Positions 37,358 through 39,948 of a stretch of 39,948 nt of DNA are shown in pieces (positions within the stretch are counted from its first letter, which is position 1; the number at the start of each line of letters is the position of its first letter). The notes beneath the pieces were generated by a model. That model did no database searches. It was not told the DNA's origin and saw only the letters and a program-made list of their open reading frames with translations. A program made the translations under genes and the position numbers. Origin of the DNA: a virus; IMG/VR virus record IMGVR_UViG_3300048912_000061, positions 1-39,948 of that record. The stretch is one strand, 5' to 3'.

Positions 37358-38085
37358 ACGACAACCAGAACAAAGAAGCAGCACGCGCCGGATTTGAGGC
37401 TGCATGGCAGAGCGAGATTGAGGCCAACGGCGGTGTCGCTGTCGGCGCCGATTACCGCCATTGGATGGAGAAAGGCTACCTCGCCGCCCTCAGCTCCCAG
37501 CCTTCCGCAGCACCAGCGGGGGGAGTGCCGCGCGAGTGGATCGACATGATGGACCGCGTGACTCGCTATTTTGAGACGCTGCCGCACACGAAGATCGCGA
37601 CCGACACCATCGCCAACGAGGCGCGCAAGCTGCTGTCGCTGATGATGTCCGCCTCCCCTGCTGCGCCTGATGTGCAGGGAGAGAAGCCAGCAGCACAAGG
37701 GGTGGTAAGCGATCGCGCCGAGAACAGGCTGTTCGATGAGTGGCTGGAAAAGCAAACGCGCGGCGTGGACTTGGGCCTGGTGACACAAAACCAGATGTGG
37801 GCAGCATGGAAAGCCCGCGCCGCTCTCGCATCCCAAGCGCCGCAGACTGCCGCAGCAGAGGCGGGGTGGGTGAGCGTGGACGAGCGCCTGCCGGAGGAAC
37901 AGGTGCCGGTCATCATCGCCAGCTACAAGTTCAACGAGCCGAGTGAGGGGCGCTTCGTCACGATTGCTTGCCGCTCTCCCAGTGGCGTCTATTACGACGA
38001 GGACACCGGCGATCACTTCTACCAGCCGACGCACTGGATGCCGCTGCCGAGCGCTCCCGCCACCCACCCCACCAAGGACGCATGA
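37354..38085 (+). CDS. DUF551-domain protein (243 aa)
   Basis: ATG 37354 overlaps the upstream stop (ATGA). The C-terminus WVSVDERLPEEQVPVIIASYK...YYDEDTGDHFYQPTHWMPLPSAP is the DUF551 pattern. Confidence 0.7.
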   Translation: MNDNQNKEAARAGFEAAWQSEIEANGGVAVGADYRHWMEKGYLAALSSQPSAAPAGGVPREWIDMMDRVTRYFETLPHTKIATDTIANEARKLLSLMMSASPAAPDVQGEKPAAQGVVSDRAENRLFDEWLEKQTRGVDLGLVTQNQMWAAWKARAALASQAPQTAAAEAGWVSVDERLPEEQVPVIIASYKFNEPSEGRFVTIACRSPSGVYYDEDTGDHFYQPTHWMPLPSAPATHPTKDA

Positions 38086-38086
38086 G

Positions 38087-39109
38087 ATGAAGACCGAAGA
38101 ACTGAAACCGTGTCCGTTTTGCGGATCGTCCGACCTGCTCGTGGGCATGGTCAGCGTGAAGTGCGCTGATTGTCACGCAGTGGGCCCGACCGCGACTTTT
38201 GATTGGAACCGCCGCGTCCCTGTCGCCGAGGGAGCGCAGGAGGTGAAGTGCGAGAACTGTCTTGGGTTAAAAACGGTGACTGGTGGCAGGCATATGGGCA
38301 TGATGTGCCCGACCTGCCACGGCACCGGCACCGCTCCCACCGTGGATGCGAAAGCAGACACTACCGCCGCCGCTGATGGCGGGGATAAGCTGAGCAACCT
38401 GTTCGAATGGAACGCCGAGCTGAAACGGTTCACTGCTGCTGGCAGTGCGAAGAGGTTGCAGCATGAAGATGAGACTCCTTGTGTCATCACGGAAGAGAAT
38501 GCCGCCGCATACCTGGAGGAAAAACTCTGGGAATTTATCGCGGTTGCGGGCCAGTTCCCCGATAAGCACCCCGACGATAGGACCTGGGGACACGTGCTTG
38601 CCTACAAGCCGCGCCACGTGCCGATCCCCGCTCTCGCCGCCACCCCGAGCGAAGCCGCACCAGCAGACCCGATGGACTGGCCGCTGCCGTGCGATGTGAC
38701 CGTGGGCGCGGGCACGATCAAGAAGGGCTGCAAGCTGCGCACGCTGGTGGCGCGCATGGAAGTCTTGCATGGCATGACGGAGAGCGAAGCCGCACCAGCA
38801 GGGCAGAGCGAAGGCGGGGCGTCCACCGCAGCAGCGCGCGATGTGCTGGCCGAGCGGCAGCGTCAGATGAGCGTGGAAGGCTGGACGCCTGAGCGCGATG
38901 ACGGCTACCGCAACAACGAGCTGGCGCACGCCGCAGCAGCCTACGCCTATCCGGCGCTTACCGCCGTCAGCGGGCTGAAGGTGTGGCCATGGCACGAAAA
39001 CTGGCTGAAGATCAGCGACCACCGCCGCAACATGGTCAAGGCTGGCGCACTGATCCTCGCCGAAATCGAGCGCCTGGACCGCACCGCCCTCGCCGAAGGG
39101 GGCGAGTGA
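38087..39109 (+). CDS. Multi-domain early protein (340 aa): Lar-like zinc ribbon, DnaJ-like zinc finger and a conserved phage C-terminal domain
   Basis: MKTEELKPCPFCGSSDL...VKCADC fits the Lar restriction-alleviation family pattern. VKCENCLG...CPTCHGTGTAP is a CxxCxGxG-type finger. The C-terminus is ERQRQMSVEGWTPERDDGYRNNELAHAAAAYA...WPW...KAGALILAEIERLDR. Confidence 0.6.
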   Translation: MKTEELKPCPFCGSSDLLVGMVSVKCADCHAVGPTATFDWNRRVPVAEGAQEVKCENCLGLKTVTGGRHMGMMCPTCHGTGTAPTVDAKADTTAAADGGDKLSNLFEWNAELKRFTAAGSAKRLQHEDETPCVITEENAAAYLEEKLWEFIAVAGQFPDKHPDDRTWGHVLAYKPRHVPIPALAATPSEAAPADPMDWPLPCDVTVGAGTIKKGCKLRTLVARMEVLHGMTESEAAPAGQSEGGASTAAARDVLAERQRQMSVEGWTPERDDGYRNNELAHAAAAYAYPALTAVSGLKVWPWHENWLKISDHRRNMVKAGALILAEIERLDRTALAEGGE

Positions 39110-39110
39110 T

Positions 39111-39335
39111 ATGGCCTACGAACTTGAAGTTTGCAAGAACGCAGAAGGTTCCACGCTCGCCTATATGTCGAAGAAGGGAGCGGGGGCGGGCTACCGTATC
39201 GCGGGACCGAAAGGATGGGGCGGCACCCGCACGCTGGCGAAACTCGAAATCAGCGAGCGCGACCTGATCGAATTCATCAACTGCTTCGCCCCGGAGATCA
39301 TCCCGAAGCTCAGCCACCCCACCAAGGACGAATAA
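39111..39335 (+). CDS. Hypothetical protein (74 aa)
   Basis: Track ORF starting 1 nt after the upstream stop. It ends ...LSHPTKDE inside the conserved boundary cassette. Confidence 0.6.
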   Translation: MAYELEVCKNAEGSTLAYMSKKGAGAGYRIAGPKGWGGTRTLAKLEISERDLIEFINCFAPEIIPKLSHPTKDE

Positions 39336-39339
39336 CACC

Positions 39340-39948
39340 ATGAAGACCGTAACCTTTGACCCGGCGACGCATGCGTTGGTGCCGCTTGAACCGACCGAGG
39401 AAATGATTGAGGCGACGCGCGGGCCGCGCACCAGCGAACCCACCTGGGAGCATGCCACCAAGCGCACCAACGCCACTGTGTACCGCAAGATGGTCGCCGC
39501 AGCTCCCGCCACCCCGGCAGGCGTTACCGCGACCGAGCAGCAGGAGCCGACGTTCTGGAAGTCGCAGCGCAAGATGATCGAGCGTGCACTGATCGGGCTG
39601 CGCGATGGCTGGGGCACCCGCAAGGACGCGGATGATGCGCTTACGGCCCTCACCACCTCCCCAGAAGTGGGGCAGGACGATGCGCGCGATGCGGCGCGGC
39701 TGGACTGGCTGGAGCAGAACCACGCGAGTGGCTACCGGTTTCAAGTTTCGGGGAACTGGCGCGTCAGCGACGTATTCGGCCCGCAGGGGCAGGCGCCCAC
39801 GCTGCGCGCTGCCATCGACGCCGCCATGTCCACCGCCCCCGCATCCGAGCCGGTGACGGCGAAGTGCGAGGTGTGCAATGGCGACCGCTACGTGCCGCGC
39901 ATGGTTGACGCATGGGAGGAAAAGATGGTGCCTTGCCCTGACTGCACC
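39340..39948 (+). CDS. N-terminal part of the junction-spanning early gene (continues into 5..556 of the circular unit)
   Basis: ATG 39340 (MKTVTFDPATHALVPLEPTEEMIEATRG...DAARLDWLEQNHASGYRF...) was translated by hand to the window end with no stop (203 codons). It is absent from the track because it has no stop inside the window. Confidence 0.75.
   Translation, partial: MKTVTFDPATHALVPLEPTEEMIEATRGPRTSEPTWEHATKRTNATVYRKMVAAAPATPAGVTATEQQEPTFWKSQRKMIERALIGLRDGWGTRKDADDALTALTTSPEVGQDDARDAARLDWLEQNHASGYRFQVSGNWRVSDVFGPQGQAPTLRAAIDAAMSTAPASEPVTAKCEVCNGDRYVPRMVDAWEEKMVPCPDCT
39822..39948. repeat. Second copy of the 127-nt terminal overlap (identical to 1-127)
   Basis: Same as the first feature. 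Confidence 0.9.

Noticed and set aside
37120-38148. 342-aa minus-strand ORF
   Set aside because: It is antisense to three coupled early-left genes, one with a DUF551 signature, and its sequence is Arg/Gly/Cys-rich.
1-39948. Search for CRISPR arrays, a reverse transcriptase with template/variable repeats (DGR, as in some related podoviruses), transposases and rRNA/tRNA genes
   Set aside because: I saw no repeat-spacer array, no RT-like ORF (no YxDD motif protein), no IS-like ORF with terminal inverted repeats, and no cloverleaf-capable tRNA. The only repeats found are those listed as features.

Overview
This window is a complete, circularly closed genome of a temperate, high-GC phage from a proteobacterial-type host. 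Bases 1-127 are repeated exactly at 39822-39948, so the unit is 39,821 bp and one gene (starting at 39340) runs across the junction into 5..556. All calls come from reading the sequence and the ORF track and recognising motifs from memory. No database search was run.

The regulatory layout is lambda-like.
- Immunity region: a LexA/S24-type cI repressor (30570..31289, +) faces a Cro-like gene (30241..30462, -). Between them lie 17-bp TACAACC-N3-GGTTGTA operator-like sites.
- Rightward transcription (minus strand here) runs cro, a CII-like gene, a C5 DNA methyltransferase, a DUF1376 initiator with internal iteron-like repeats, a DnaB-like helicase, RusA and a Q-like antiterminator. A hairpin-rich leader and a strong intrinsic terminator follow. 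Next come terS, terL, a P22-like portal, six unknown genes, scaffold, a P22-like coat gene, adaptor/tail genes, three large internal virion proteins, and finally holin, GH19 endolysin and embedded Rz/Rz1.
- Leftward transcription (plus strand here) starts at a second operator/promoter set (about 32394-32443). It carries small zinc-finger proteins, a 440-nt ORF-free hairpin-rich region, RecT, an inserted HNH-AP2 endonuclease, a YqaJ-type exonuclease, DUF551 and Lar-like proteins, then xis and int. attP follows, with a 25-nt tRNA 3-prime-end core at 2565..2589.
- No tape-measure or tail-tube gene is visible, so a podovirus-like virion is inferred.

The items most worth a second look are:
1. The methyltransferase locus, where canonical C5-MTase motifs are split between two long same-strand overlapping frames.
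2. The 440-nt structured non-coding block inside the early-left operon.
3. The two-gene cargo (one a lipoprotein) in the rexAB position downstream of cI.
4. The iteron-like palindromes inside the initiator gene.
5. The six-gene insertion between portal and scaffold, which includes a LamG protein with six ~20-aa repeats.
6. The conserved gene-boundary cassettes in the early-left operon.
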